Assembly: GCF_001194135.2 (NCBI RefSeq)
Contig: NC_068982.1
Coordinates: 93,719,171 to 93,783,170 of the forward strand
Reading direction: 5' to 3'
Source: Octopus bimaculoides
Lineage: Eukaryota
DNA: 64,000 nt
The position numbers were made by a program, and so were the translations under genes. The notes below the pieces were generated by a model. The model saw only the letters and a list, made by a program, of their open reading frames with translations. It did no database searches and was not told the DNA's origin. Positions within the stretch are counted from its first letter, which is position 1; every line of letters starts with the position of its first letter. This document shows, one piece after another, positions 1 through 15,733 of the stretch.

Positions 1-499
1 AGTACAGTTAAAATTTCTGGATATTTTTATTTGATGAAAAAAAAGTTGCACATCACACTGGAAAGAATTCTAAGTGCACGCAAGGAGATATTTAAGAAAA
101 AAACCAAAAAGTCTCTGAGTTTGACCTTACCTTAATGTTACTTGCATATAAGTTTTTAACCAGAAGAATATTTTGGCATGAAGCCTAGTTTGTTCAGCAG
201 TGAAAAGATTGGTACCATGATGTCGTGTTAAAATCTTGTCATTTTGGTATGACTACACTTAATCAAATTGAGGCAGGCTGTAGTTATATAATAAAGCATA
301 TTTGGCAGGAAGAATATCCCTGCATTATATGACCGTGTTCCTAGCTGACGTCGCAGCACACTTGATGTTTTTTTTCCTTGAGTACCAGTTGCCATAAAAA
401 TAAGGTTATTGTCTTGTGTTTATTGGAGAGCAGCCTTGTCTTGTGATTGCCACAAGAAGAAAACAACTTGATGGTCCACTGCGATACATGTGGGAGAAT

Positions 500-2600
500 C
501 AGTTCTAATACTAGTTAACATCTTTATCCTGAACACCTTGTTATGTCTCTGCTATCCAAGTAGCAGTGAATAAATCCAGCTTTTAGTCCAACTTTGAAGT
601 TGTCTTTGCTTTGTCCAAATCAATATTTGAAGAGAAAATATTACATTTTCTTCCACATTTATTAAGTATTTGTTCTAACTTATGGTGTTACCTGCTCTGC
701 TTGCTACTTTTTAATAGTTTGTCCTTGTTTTGGAAGCACAATCATTTAGAAATAGATTTTTGTTTAGATCTTCTATATCTTTTTCTTGTAGTTTGATGCT
801 GTCCAACATTATCATCTATTGGGATTTCTGGTTCAAATTTCATAGTATTCTCTTTGTAAGTAGATACGCTTTAAGTATCATTACACCAGTTTTGTAGGAT
901 AAGTTCATCTTCTGAAGAACTTTCATGTGCTTCAGGATTGTATACTAAACAGGATGGATGCACTCTTATAAGTGTGTCTCCTTGTTTGATGAGCACTTAT
1001 TTATACTTCAGTCCTATGAGAATTTCTGGTCTAAACCATCTATTACTTATTTCTTTGATAGACAACCATATTTTTGTAAAGTTAGGACAAGTGCCCTGCT
1101 AATTTGGTTTTTGAAGTGTGTCTTTCTCTGTAAGATTCACACTCTATGAGTGCTTTTCTAGCAATATGCACAACATTCAAATTACTTGTTACAATAGGGA
1201 AAACTATCAAAAGTAAGAAGTTTGTTATTTAGAAAGGAAAATGGGTTGAAATTTCTAAAGGCTTGTTGATTTAGACTATAACCATGAACACTGAAGAGCA
1301 TTTTTGTTACTTATGACCTTTTAAAGTGACACCAAGTCTTCATTTGCCTCACTTTCTCCCAGAATGCCATTTGTTCATTCAGCTGCATATTACATTAAAA
1401 TGGCTCTAAAACCTTTGATGCAACTTGGGAACTCAGTCAAGCCAGACAGTCCTTTTTTGGTGCCATGTGCTTAGACCCTGATCAATAACTAATCCTTCCT
1501 CTCATCATCAATTTGACCACTTCGCACTTATTTGCAAATATTTTTGCTTTGCTATCTTTATTCAAATTATTCTCACTCTAATCAAAATTCAGCAAGTTTC
1601 CTGAGATCCTGCAATCAAGTAAATAGCCATTATTTAACAAATGATTTATCAAATAAGGGCAAATTCTCTCATATGTTCTAATATGTTTGACCAGTACTTG
1701 TTTTTCTAAACCATTAACTGCACCAGGACCTGTCTGTCTTTCAGTCATATTTCTTTTGTGTTACACATGGTCACCATTATGACATCTGGTGTTTTGAAGC
1801 TCTTCTAGTCTTTTCAAAAGACTTACTTTTGAAGTAGGTTTTCCTAGAGCATTCATCTCGTTCAAATTGTCCATGAGTCTGAGTTGTAGAGATTCTGTGC
1901 AAAGCCAGTTGCTGATTAACCAACATATATGCTAGACTTGAATTTTTTTACACACCTAACTAGTTAGATGTATGTAAAGTTCCTAATTCAAAACAGTTCC
2001 AAGAAGTTTACCATCTCTGTGACTCAGTTACTATTTATCTCCAAAGAATTCAGTGATGTTTAATCATATCATTACCTGAGGGGTTTTACACTGTATTAGT
2101 TCTGACAATCACATTTAGATCTTAGTTGTCAAACATTTTCTTATTGTCAATTAGAAAATTCTTTGATGAACCATCGTATGATGAAAACCAGTGCTTAAAA
2201 AGTTGCACTGGAGATTACATATGATGCATCCGTTGTCAAGAATCTTCACAGCCACACTGTATTTGGTTGCATGATTTATCAGATGATGGATTTTATGTCC
2301 ATGCATTTTCTTTAGGTCCATAGCTGCAGTCTCATTGGAAACAGTTGTCAATGAGAAACCCACTACTAGAATCTGCTACTGTTTCCTTCTTAATCTTAAT
2401 GTTCCTTGAATATTGTCATAGAATTATTTTCAGTCACGAATATGAGTTGCATAGTCATTACTTTGAATGTCAAACCACTTACTGTTTCTCATTCTCTGCT
2501 GTCATATTTGCTCTTTGAAAACTTCTGAATGTAAGTACATGTTTAAGAAGCAATATTTTTGAATTTTTCAGTTGTGCAATTATTTTGTCAAATTCTATCA
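500..2600 (-). mobile_element. Heavily decayed non-LTR retrotransposon (LINE) RT remnant; ends approximate
   Basis: Minus-strand frames give ordered RT-like fragments GPGAVNGLEKQVLVKH...PYLINHLLNNG, VASKVLE, IKQGDTL and IDLDKAK, with many stops and frameshifts. Confidence 0.45.
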
Positions 2601-3244
2601 AATAGTCTGCTTTTGAGATATCTGATAGTCAAATATGGTTAAAACCTGAATATTGTTTGAGCTTTAGATAACTTGCCTAATTTGTCATAGTTTTGTATGG
2701 TCATTTAAAATTTTTCTGGATTCATTTTCGAATGCCTTCTTTGGCATTGCTTGTCATGGACAGAAATAATGTAACTACTAATTTCTTCTCAACCTTGTAT
2801 GCTGCATCCCAGTACATCATCTCTTTCCCATGGTCTTTATTTTTTTTAGGCACTAAAGGCAAAGGGTTAATGTTTCTTGTCATTTTGTTAACTATGTTCT
2901 ACTATTAATGTTAAACACAGAAAATATATTCTCAATTTACTATGTAACTATATAAAATTTTCAGCAAACAGTTTTGTTATAATGTCACCGGAAACTTACC
3001 CAAAACGCATTTTGTTTGATGTATGTCTTGTAATGTTTGTTCTACACCAGAGCAACTTATCTCAACAAAATATAGCTGCCACCAAAATGTAAGCAATACT
3101 CAAAAACAGAATGATCTCTTTCTCAAATATAATGTGCAGTAATCTAAAACCATACAGAAAAATAAAACAAAATAAAAAGGAAATATATGTGTGCATGTGT
3201 GTGCTTATTAATATTAAATGCTTTTAATTTTTGTCTAATTTCAG

Positions 3245-3375
3245 GCATGTATTGATGACAAAATTGACATGGTGAAGTTTCTTGTTGAAAATGGTGCTGA
3301 TGTTGATGTCTGTGATAATGAAGGCTGGACACCTCTTCATGCTACAGCTTCTTGTGGCTTTACTGACATAGCACA
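3245..3375 (+). CDS. PPP1R12A: MYPT exon (probable exon 2), 131 nt, phase 0 to 2, ankyrin repeats
   Basis: tttcag|GCATGT...GCACA|gtaagt; ACIDDKIDMVKFLVENGADVDVCDNEGWTPLHATASCGFTDIA. Confidence 0.95.
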
Positions 3376-6300
3376 GTAAGTTACTTTATCTACATCACTT
3401 AAGTAAATTGAAGTTTACATTGAGTTTAAATTGCTGAACTGCAGTCATATTCAATAACCTTTTCCAAATGTACTACAGTCAAAAGAGCATCTGGTTATAG
3501 GATTTTATCTGATCAATGCAAGCATGAAAAATCTAACATTAAAATCATGATTGAATTCTACCACTGGTTGTGTGGATATAAAATGGGTAGAAAGAAAAAG
3601 AGAAAATCATTTTCCCCCTTCATATATGTTTCAGCAAGTTGTTAAACTTAGCTTATATTAAAGCATAACAGAGTAGATTATCTCATTGATTTTACTTATA
3701 TTTTGTCTTGATGCTTTATAGTGAACTGCAGTTTGGTTTCATTTGTGCTTTTCTTTTCATTGTTCTTTTCCATTTGTCCATTAATAACTAACCAGTTGAT
3801 CAACATGTTGGAACATGAGTTTCTTCGTGGCATTGATTTGTATAAGTTTGTCAATATTTTATGTTATTTCTTTTGGTTTTTCATATTGTTGTCTTTTTAT
3901 CAATATTTTTCCTTCAATAATGCTTTAAGCAAATTTATAAAATTGTTAACACATAAATATTCGACTGGTTTAAATCATGAGATGTATGTCTTTTTTTTGT
4001 TTTTTTTTCAAATATATCAAATCGTTGTCATTTTTCTTTTTATAAGTATCAAGGTCATGAGATTAACATCAATCTACTGCTTTGCTAATGAAAGATTAAT
4101 GTTGTCACACATACACTGCAATGTTACATAATAGAAGAGAACTGGCATAAAATGTAACCATATATAGCATTGGTTAGAGAGTTAGCACAGTTATAGTAAA
4201 TGTAAAACAATCAGAATATACTGACCACCTGCATATTTAAATTGTCTTGTTATATGGTCTTGATTACTAACTGCAATGTCTTATTTGCTGTTGTTTGTTT
4301 TTATATCTAGCAGGAATTCTTAGACATATTCTTGGAAATCTCATCATGAATAAATATGTAGTGAAAAGGGATCTTGATGCTTTTAGTTGATATTGTATAT
4401 CCTCTTATTGTTAGATTCATTGAACGTGGTATTAAATAAATGGCTTTTTATTTTGAATTTGAATCCTCTTTGAACAAAGGCAACATTTTAAAATTAAGTT
4501 AGGTTTGTTTATTGACAAGTACTGAAAAAGTTTCAAAAATGATAACTTAAAATGGACTTTTTTACTTCCAAGAGAAAATGCCAAAATTGTTTTTAATTTT
4601 AAAGCCATTTTTGAATTCAAGTAAAAAAAAAACATTTTTTTCTCTTTTTTTTTTTTTGAAAATTGCTAGATATGGCAAAGTGTTGTGCAGTGTCAGTTAA
4701 AAATGTCAGTGGTTCAAGCAGTGCTGTATTGACAAACTAGATTGAACCACCTAGCTGTGGCTTGTATTGCACTGTTTTCAGGAGTAGTTGTGCTGGTTTG
4801 TAGTGTTCAGTTCAGGTACTCTTTGGATAAGGTCATGGGAGACTACATTTGATTGACTTTTTTCATTTATTAGATCTGGTATCTAGTTTTGGTTACAAGC
4901 TGCTTGTAATGACTGGTTGATGTACAACTCTACAAAGACATCACCCATTCAGCATGAGCTGACTGTATTATTCAACTTAAAGGAAATCTGTGATGCCTTC
5001 CTGACACTTGTGCTGGTGGCACGTGAAAAGTTATTCGAGCGAGATCGTTGCCAGTGCTGCTGGACTGGCTCCTGTGCAGGTGGCACGTAAAATACACCAT
5101 TTTGAGCGTGGCCGTTGCCAGTACCGCCTGACTGGCCTTCGTGCGGGTGACATGTAAAAGCACCCACTACACCCTCGGAGTGGTTGGCGTTAGGAAGGGC
5201 ATCCAGCTGTAGAAACTCTGCCAAATCAGATTGGAGCCTGGTGTAGCCATCTGGTTCACTAGTCCTCAGTCAAATCGTCCAACCCATGCTAGCATGGAAA
5301 GTGGATGTTAAACGATGATGATGATGATGATGATGGTTTGTATTAAAAAATCAGAGGTCAGTCGAGTTTCAAAAGTGTTTATGAACAATTTATAGATATA
5401 CTTGATGGCAGCATTTATACATCTCAGTAAAACCACTGGAGGATGCATCATTAATCCTTTTTTTCATCATAATACATTCTTTATCTTGCCTCTATACAAA
5501 CTATGTCTGTAATGTTTCATTTATTCTTAAAATCAGTTGTGATAGCCAAAGAGAGGACTTAACTCATACATAAAACCAAACTACTAAACCTTTTTGAATT
5601 GTGAAAAATTGTAATTTAAACTTGGGAAATTTACAATTGACTATATTTCCTGCTTGTGATTTTGATATTCCCTACATGTCTTTCACCTGTTATAGGTTCA
5701 GTGTATATGTATTATTTTGTTTTACATAAAATCCTAAGTCCCAGGATATATAAAATCCTAAGTCCCTGTGTATTAGTAATGTGAATAAGGTTATAAGCTC
5801 TCATCTTTCTTAATCCTCAAATTTGCGATTTCTGACCATATTTAATATGAGGAGAGTTTGTTCTGGTAACTTGATTTTCTTTTAATGCATACACGAAAAT
5901 GAAATAAAACTTTCAGCAGTTAAGTGAGGAAATTGACAATTTATATTTGTTTAACTTTTTTGAAAGCCTATCTTCATTATTTCATATTTCTTGGGTGATG
6001 CTATGACATTTTTATTCTATTTTATTTTATTTTAAAGTCAGGGAAGGAAGGACTGCATTTATTACAATTTGTTGTTTTTGAGGATCTTTGAGACAAGTTG
6101 GCAGGAGAAATTTATCCTCAAACTGAAAACCAGGTTGGAATGCTTGCAATAGATTAAACTCTACTAAAGGCATCCAATGAGCAAATGGTGGTGTTAAACC
6201 AAGTGATGGATTAACACTTATTCAAGAACTCGGAACACTGTGTTGGAAAATAAAATGCTGCAAAACATCTTGTCTGATGCTAACAATTCTTCCAGTCCAC

Positions 6301-9300
6301 TGCCCTTGACTGATATTTCATTTTATTGATTTCAAAAGTACGAAAGACAAAGTTGATTCAAACTCAGAGTATAGTGAATCAGCAAAAACAACAAAGGCAT
6401 TTTGTTCCATGTTCCAATAGTAGTTAGGATAACTGTACAAATCAACCTTACATTTGTAATTTAATTAAACTGTGTTGTAATTGGTATATTCTGCTTGTCT
6501 TCAGTTATATATTTCTCTATGCTGCTCAATATTCAGTTTTCTTATCTCTACAGCCATTCATTACCATTGGAGAGGAGTTTTTATTTCGTTTCTCTTGCTC
6601 TGATAAGATGGATAATTTTAGCAAGCTTTACAGTTTGTTCTGTGTGTGTGTGTGTCTACATGCAAACTAGGATATCATACATCTTGCCTCTTTTTAACAG
6701 AACGGGTGACTACCCCTTCTGCTCACACTATTATTTGAACATCTGTCTCATCTAACTTACAACTCTTATCAATAAAATATGCTAATGACTGATGTACAAG
6801 TTAGCGTTAAGTTGCATTATAATTTTATCCATTTGTAATTGTTTAACCTGAAGAAAGTATGAAAATGTTGAAATCTTAGCTTTTATTTGTTTATCAAATT
6901 GAAAAAAACAATTATTACAAGATGTATGCAGATACATTTAATAAATTGAACTTCAAGCGAGACGAAAAGAGTTTTTCTGAATAGTATATATTTTTTCCAA
7001 GATAGCATAATTGCAATTACATGATTGTGTTATCCTGCTAATATTAGTAAGGAATAGTTAGAAGAATGTCCAACCATTGTCTTCTATGTAGAGATATAAT
7101 AATAAAGCTGTAAGAAATTTGAACTGAAGAGAATGTGCCCTTTGGTTTACAAAACATTCAGTCTATTACCTTTGAGATGCAGTAAGGCCTTAAATTGTTT
7201 CTCAGTATAGTAGTTACTTCAGTATATTCAGAAAGTGCAATTAACCTACTAGGAAATTTCTATTTATAATCTTTGTATTTTGCTGCATAATCTATACTTT
7301 AAAATACCTATTCTCAACCAGGGTTCATATTGCCTTTAGTGATCTGTATAAAATTTTGCTTTTAAAATTTAAGTGCATTAAATTGCTTATACTTCTACAA
7401 TCCACAAAATATTTCAATTGTTTTTATACAATTCTTAATAGTTTTTAATTATTAAAATACACTAGGATTTTTATTATGTGCATTGAATGGCTATAGAGGT
7501 CCAGTGAAGTAAAATAATAATCTAAGGGGTCCATAGGCAAAAAGAAAAAGAAAATGGCTGAGAACCATTGCTTTAAATGAAATAGTTTGCCATCTGATAA
7601 CTGACAAGACTATGTTAGTATTGGTATTATTGTTACTTGGTTGTCCCTGATTGAATAGATCTACCTTTGATAAATGTCTTGTCTTCCTTGAAAATGTGTG
7701 ACCCTAACGCTATATCAGAAATAAATTTTATAGGAGGCAAAGTTTTGGGTTTTCCAGATTTAACTTTAACGGGTTCACCCTCCTTTACACTATAGAAATC
7801 ATATATATCCACTCAATATTTTCTTACCTTCAACCGCAGAAAGCAGTTTTATATATCAATCAACCATTTTTGTGATATATCAAGCTTGGGATAACGTGAC
7901 TTGCAGAAAATACTTTCTAATTTTTAATAGATATTTAACATCATTATTGGAATAACGATGGAATTTAGTTTTGCAGTCAAAGAGTTAACATGTACTTTAA
8001 TCATTAGTTGGCACAGCCCTTTTTTTTGTCTTTTATGGTACCTCAAGGAAATTATTAGGAATAGTGAGGATATGGTTTTAAATTCTTGTGTATCATCATC
8101 TCAAATGTTTTTACAACTGATCATCTGAAAGTCAGATATTGTCAGTTCTAACAAGAATGTCCATGCATCTGTATTCCTGATATGTATGCTTGATTTGAAT
8201 TGAACTTTTAACAAAAAGCTGATAATTAACTTGTTAAAGCTGTAACAATGTTGTAAAACAAAATTTTAGTGGATATTTGGTTCATTTTCTTATCTTTTTC
8301 AAATGAAAATTTCCAGTTTCGTTTTTGATGTTGTTGAACATGTATTCTGACCACTGACAAGTTTAGTTTTAAACTGTCTAGATTCTGGTAATTGACTACA
8401 GTAGAGATGGGTAGTTATTTTTGGTCAGAGCATGACGGTTGGTGTTCGTCTTCATTTTTTATTGATGGGCAAACTGGCAGAGTTTGGACAAAATGTTTTG
8501 TTTCTTCTTTTTTTTTTTCTTTTTTACCTCTGAGCTCAATTCCCACTGGGATCAACTTTTCATTTCATCTTTTGAGGGTCAATAAAATAAAGTACTGGGG
8601 TTATTGAAGAGGCATATCCCAGCATGTGGTTGTTGCAGCCCTCTCTGGGTATATGGTGGAGTTTTTTCCTCTTTCATTGTCTAGGCTGAGTGAGAGAAAT
8701 AATGGTTTTAGGATGCTGTTGTGTTCAGGGCTGTTGTATATGTATCTGGATGTTTGAGGTAATTTTTTATGTTGTAGTATGGATTTTTAGGGTTGAAGTT
8801 AGATATATCAACAAATGAAGCATCTTCCATATGCAGGTGGTCTTTCCTTTTTTTTTTCTTTTCAATTTTTGTTTTTGTGTATGTAATCTATGGGCGTGAT
8901 GTTATATAGCGACTACATTGTTTTGTGTTCTCTCTAGTATAGGTTTGGCGCACAGAAATTAGTAAGGCCCTGGTAGAGCTAACATAATCTTTGATTAATA
9001 TACCGTTTGTACATAGTATTCTTGTTGTTTCCTACTGTTGGCTAAATGTGGTACCAATGAGTGTTCTCAGTATGTTTGTGCATTATTTTACTTCATTTAC
9101 TGTTTTCACATAAGCTATGGTGTTGTGTGTAACCCTTAATATTTTCTGTCTTCTGTGTCTAGGGTATGTTTGTTTTCTCATGTTGCTGGTAAGAAAAGGG
9201 ATACAGTGAATTTTAGTAGATGCTATTTTGTTGTTTGAAGCTGCAGGTTTCTAAGGTTCAAATAGTTATATAACTGTGTCTAGTGAGTAGTAAGGAGATG

Positions 9301-12300
9301 TATCATGTTATCTGCATATGAGGTGTGTATATATTTTGGGGAAGGTGTGGGAAAACCATGTAAAGAAATAAAGACTGAAAAATTTGGTGAGAAATGCAGA
9401 CTTTTGTGGAAGTGCTAGTTGAGTGTTTTTGTACAATACATAGGCTCTGTGACCTTGACAAGTTTGCTAGCCAGCATTTTGTTTCTTTAACAGTTTGGGA
9501 TTCAAGGTTTATGAATATAGTTTCCACAATATTCAATATTTTTTTTATTAAGTTTTTGTTAGATGATTGTTAGGAAATTTAGCTGCTAATTTTAGCAGAC
9601 CATGTTATTGTGGAGAGGCACTTTGTTGACTCATCTTTCTGTGTCCAAACTCTTAACAAGACGTTAATTTATCAATATCTGTTGTGAATGTCTATTAAGT
9701 AGTTATTTCATTTGCCTATTAACTTTGCTACACTTGTCCTACTCCACAAAAGATGAAAAAATCATCTGTCTAATGATAGCTGATATAAATGTTGGTTGCT
9801 TTGTTGGTTGATTCCTCTAGTCATGCTTTACATCGTATAGAAAGTAAAAAAGAAAAAAAAAGGGGGGGGGGAATACAGTGAGTTAACATCAGGGTGAGGG
9901 TAGATATAAGGTTTGGTGATATAAAAGGAGTAAAGGAATGACACACACATACACAATGGGCTGAAGAGAAGAGGTAGTAGATGAGAGTAATTAAGGGAGG
10001 AGTTATTCAAATGAGAAACTTGTTTTAATTTGAAGATAAGTATTTTTATTTGGAAAATTAGTATTCATTTAAGTACCAAGAAATTACAATTATCATGTCA
10101 GTCATAATTCCTGATACTACCCACAGTAGCAAAAACATAGTTACATGATGTTGCTAATTGATAGTTAGCTAATGAATACAGATTTATTGAAATCAGTTAT
10201 CCCCTTATTTGATAGGTATTCTTTTAGAGAAGATGCAGAGTCGGTTAGATATTCAGTTAACCTTCGTTTGTGAATTGCATGTAAAAATGTGGGGTTGCTT
10301 TCAAACTTTGATGTGGTCTATTTTAATCTTGTTTTAGTAGGTTTCAGTCATAGGATTTGCCTCACAGATTTGAATCCTATTAGAAAATGTACTAAATTGT
10401 TAAATTAGTGATTAATTTTTCTAAAACTGAGTTGTCTTTAAAGTTTTAGTGTTTTACAGTAATACTAATTGGCATTATTATTATATTACTGCACAATGCA
10501 ATTGTACCATCCTGTTATTATTAATACTAACATATAGTCAGTTTTACAGCAGTTTGTTAGTGAATAATATGAAACAATAATACATCAGCATTCATTGTTA
10601 TCAGGTTTTTGCTCTTTTGTATAGCATTATTGCACACCAAAATAAAAGCATGAGCAATTTCACCCTTAAACAGTAATTGTTTTGAAACTCATTTAGTCAA
10701 CATTGTCTTTTAAAATAAGAGATTGAAACATTTATTTAGCCATAATGTATGCTTTTGAAGCATTATCTCCTAATTGAATTAGAATCAATTCATGTATTTA
10801 AGCAGTTTGTAATTACAGCCTACAAAATGTAGCATTCTCACAGCTCACTGTTTTTACACTCATCACCTTGAAATAATCTGAACTGAGTAATTTGTCTAAA
10901 GTGAATATATTTGTCTTAGAACAATATATATTTTGCCAAATTTTCTGAGATATTTTAAGACTTTTCAGAGATGGTATAAGAATATATTTCTATGATAAAC
11001 ATAATATTTGAATAAACTATATTAATGTATTTCTGTGTTATGTGCAGAAACATACAAGTACTATTTATGCATATGAAATAGTTTCAATAGATTTTCTGAA
11101 ACAGAATTTAAGTGTCAACATTTCCCACCCAACAGTCATATAATAACATTGCTGTTAAGTACTTTTGAAAGATTAATGCTATTAAATATTTTGATAAAAT
11201 CTTTTTTTCTAGATTGCTTGCCATGCATTACATAACCAAAACTAATAGTTTGCTCTCTGTTGTAGGCTTCATGTAAAGCTATTTTCTACTTTATCTGTTG
11301 GCTGTGATACTTAATTTAATCTGTTGAGCACTTATGCATTGCCTACAACATAAAATCTCTTATCACATCTCTAATAAATTTCAGTAATTTTTTTGATATT
11401 CATTAATGTCTTTGCAATAGTACTTCTGATTGTTTCTTTCAAACCAACTAGGCTATAGATCTTGATAGTACCCTTTTCAGTAATCTCAAATTCTTCAATC
11501 TCTCCTTTCCTCTCTTCTCTAGGAACATACCCTGATCTTTGGAAACAGGGTTGAGTATGAAAGGCAACCCTTCTTAGCTTACCAGCTACTGTTCTTTGGC
11601 ATTTGACTTCCAATACTTCAAAGATGATGGAAAGAGCTGTTAAGAACAGCTTTCTCTCACACCATCAATTTCTTTGTTCCTCATACCACTAGCAAAGCTT
11701 TTAATCTACTCATATATTCACATACCAGAGGGTTACACCCTCAAGGAATTTGTTGAAAATGTTGTTGCCACCCTGATCATCAATAAAACTTTTAACTGTG
11801 TCTGGTACATGAATCTCATGTCATAACTGCTTATCTATCATTTCTTCTATCAGGTCATTAAGAATGAAATGTCCAATTTTGAACTGAAAGTTTATTTTAT
11901 GCACTTAAATTATCAACACAATTTTGCCATTTTATTGGTAGCTTGTTTATGCTGGCAGCAAAGAATTCTGGAGAGCAAGAGGTGATGAAATCACAAAAGA
12001 CTGCTTTTGCATCTTCTTCAGATTTGAAATTTTTACCTTGCAAAAAGTTGTCTAATGCCTGGAAAACATGATAGTCAGTTGGTGCAAAGTTTGGTGAATA
12101 TGGTGGACGACAGAATATTTCCGTGTTTAGTTCCTATAGCTTGAGTAGTGTTCTTTGTGCAACATGTGGTCGAGCATTGTCTTACAAGAGAATTGGCCTG
12201 TCTCTGTTGACCAATCTCAGTTGTTTAATTGCAAGTTCACTCATTATTTCATCCAGTTGGTTGATGTATACTTCTGCTGTAATTGACTTACCATGTCTCC

Positions 12301-15300
12301 TGAAGCTGTAGTGGATGACACCAGTGCTGGACCACTAAACAGATATCATTAGCTTTTTTTGGCAAATATTCTTTTTGAGATTGTATTTTGGCACTTTGTC
12401 TCTATCCAACCACCATGCAGAATACTTGCTATTGTTGAAAAGAATCCATTTTTCATCACACATAATACGATGCAAAAATGGTTTGTTTTTATGCTGTGAC
12501 ATCAAAGAATGGCAAGTTCCAAGATGACATGTCATTTGATGCTTGTTCAGTTCGTGTGGTACCCACTTGTCCAGCTTTACCATGCTGATTTGTTTCAGAT
12601 GGTCCAATACAGTTGGAATTGAAACATCAAACCTTGCTGTTAACTCACATGTAGTTTGAAATGTATCTGCTTCCACTACAATTTCCAGCTCATCATTATC
12701 CACTTTGGCCACAGGTCTACCATGGGGCTGATTTTCAGGAGTAAAGTCACCAGACTGGAACTTCTCAAACTATTGACGTACAGTGCGCTCATTCACCACA
12801 TCTTCACCAATGATATCATTTGATGTTTCGAGCTGTCTGGGGTGCGTTGGTTCCAAGATGGAACTCGTATTCATAAACAACAGAAATTTTTGATCTATCC
12901 ATGGGTTCACAAAAATTGATTTACAAGAGAAAACTCACAATATAATCAGACACCATGAATTGCATTTCAAAAAGTGATGTAACACTTCAGGGTTGGAAAA
13001 CAAAGAATTTTGAGGATAAAACAAAGTTAATGACTGTCAAACTTGGTGCATCAGAAAATCAGACATTTCATTCTTTATCACCTGATATCACTACAGATAT
13101 TTCTACCTCTTCAAGCTGGCTAATTTTCTGCCACTTTAATTAAACCACATGTGACTAACTTTCCATTCTTCATCTCATTGCCCACTCTCTTTCCAGTCTT
13201 CAAAATCAGCACATGCCCACTACATCCAGAATATTAGCTGTTTTGAGTTCCCCACTTGCACATGTTTCTCCTGCTCAGCCTATTGACTTGCACCACACAA
13301 TTGAAGTGGTAGGTTAACAGGATCAATTGCACTGATCTTAGAGGGGCTACAAAGGCCATGTGCATAGCCCTTACTTCCTTACCAAACCAATAAGTGGAAA
13401 AAAAGTGTTCGACCATTGATTTAAACATATATTCCAATGCTCTAAAAGGTATTATAATCCATTCAACATCATATAACCTCCTTGACTCTAACACTCAATA
13501 TATTTCATACAATAAATATGTATCGTTTACTTTCTCAAGTGTTCCTTGACAATATATCTATATATTCATCTGAAACACTGCAATTTATATAAATTCATAA
13601 TGCTAGTACTGATAATGTGAAGTGCAGTATAGCAGTTTTAGGATCCAACAAAATCATAATTCATGGCCTTTCATTCTACACCTTTGAAGATCTTAAATTT
13701 CATCAGTGAACAAGTCATTTCTCCAATGTCAATATCCTCCACCCGGCTCCATAATTTCATGCAGCTAAACAAGATTATTTGTTAATGAAGGGGGAAAAAG
13801 CACTATAAAAATAAGTACCCAACACCCTTTTAATCATATTGACTTTAGCAAAGTTACTGCCCAGTCATAAACAATACTTAATATCACTACTAGTTAAGCA
13901 CACCAAAGACTGGTGTGCAGTGTACCAACTCGGAAACTGTTAAAATCTTCATTGACATAACCTGTCAAATGAGATAGCATTCAACTCCTTGTCTTCTGTC
14001 CTTGTTAGGATATGCAGGGTCTTCTGTCACTTTACTCTGCATATGTAGCATCCTATGCCTTCTGACCTCACAGTTATATTTTCCTATGACTTCAGATATT
14101 TTGTCTCTTGACAGACATCAAATCTTATGCTCCCAACTTGGTGCAAACAAACTATTCAACATGTCTTTTGCACCCTCATATCCTCTGCATGCACATAAGT
14201 ACACCTGTTCATGCAAGGTGGAATTAGAATATTAAGTTTCTCTGCCTTGCACAACCTCCATGTTTAACTGTTACATACATATCTGTATATTAGGCAAATG
14301 CCAAATACTCATACATTTGAAAATAGCTATGACATCCATGTGTTCACCAAACTCTAATTTGGATATCAGCATGCTCTCACCATCATACACTTTTCAAACA
14401 ACCAGTCACTGCATGATTGAATACACACTGTATAATTTCGTGAAAACTAACATATCACTAGGTGCAATCTGGATGCGGATTGCTCTTAAGAGTTCTTTTG
14501 TCTAGCTAGATCTGTGCTGTGAATCTGCTTGCACAGAACTGACTAATGTATGCAACAACCAATGTTATTAATGTTTCAGATTGATTGAAGATTGTGTGAA
14601 TGTACTCAAAGACAACATAGATGTTCCATATATTGTGATAAGTAGAGAGAGAAAAAAAACAGATTAATAACCTAAGTCTATACAATTTATAACTAGTCAG
14701 AAAAGCCTGTCATACAATCAGCTACATTTTGTATGATACTGACCATTATATTAATGAGAACTCTCTTAACTAATCTATTTATTCTGCTGTGATCAGAATT
14801 CTTTATATTATAAATACACAAACTAGTTATTGGTTTTGAAATTATTTCTTCCTTTGTACATCATTCAGATACTTGTTTTTATTATCTATGTTTCATCTTT
14901 GTTACCAAGTGTTTTTTTTTTTTTGTTTTAGTTTTTCTAAATTCTGCTTGCCCACTCTAATGGTATTTTAGTTTTACCTAACCCTTTGGCAAATAAACAA
15001 AATTGTTTTACCAGGGAAACTTTATTTTTATTTTATATTTCATTTTTGTTGCATGAATTGATTTTTAGAATTAACAAGGAAAAATAACCTATTGTTAAAG
15101 ATTACACAATGAAAATAAGTGGTAGGTATAAAAAAAGTATATGAAAAGAAATATACCAACAGGTGCTAACATTTTTATCGTTTTGTTTTTTATATCTGCA
15201 TTCCTTGCTGTATCTAAATATAAAAATAATGTATTGGTTTTATGAGTTAGCCAGCATTATGCAATAACTGAATGATTGTATAAACTTTTTAACACACTAG

Positions 15301-15686
15301 CATCATGCAAATATGAAAATTAAATTCCTGCAATGTAATTCTGGAAATCACTTAGTTGAAAGAATTTTCCCACTGAAAATTAATTCTATCTCCACACATG
15401 GCTTTGTAATATATTTACTTCTGTGCCCATTTCATTCTATATCCAGTACTATATGTTTCATCCATTTTATGTGATTTATCTAAATTTCTTTTCTCTCTTT
15501 CTCCCCCTCCCCCCTCNNNNNNNNNNNNNNNNNNNNNNNNNNNNNNNNNNNNNNNNNNNNNNNNNNNNNNNNNNNNNNNNNNNNNNNNNNNNNNNNNNNN
15601 NNNNNNNNNNNNNNNNNNNNNNNNNNNNNNNNNNNNNNNNNNNNNNNNNNNNNNNNNNNNNNNNNNNNNNNNNNNNNNNNNNNNNN

Positions 15687-15733
<47 letters not shown>

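Noticed and set aside
5726-5766. 17-bp duplication with 24-bp period (similar one at 17401-17439)
   Set aside because: Ordinary slippage duplication
11371-11613. 80-aa minus-strand ORF that looks protein-like
   Set aside because: It is the antisense of the + strand LINE RT remnant
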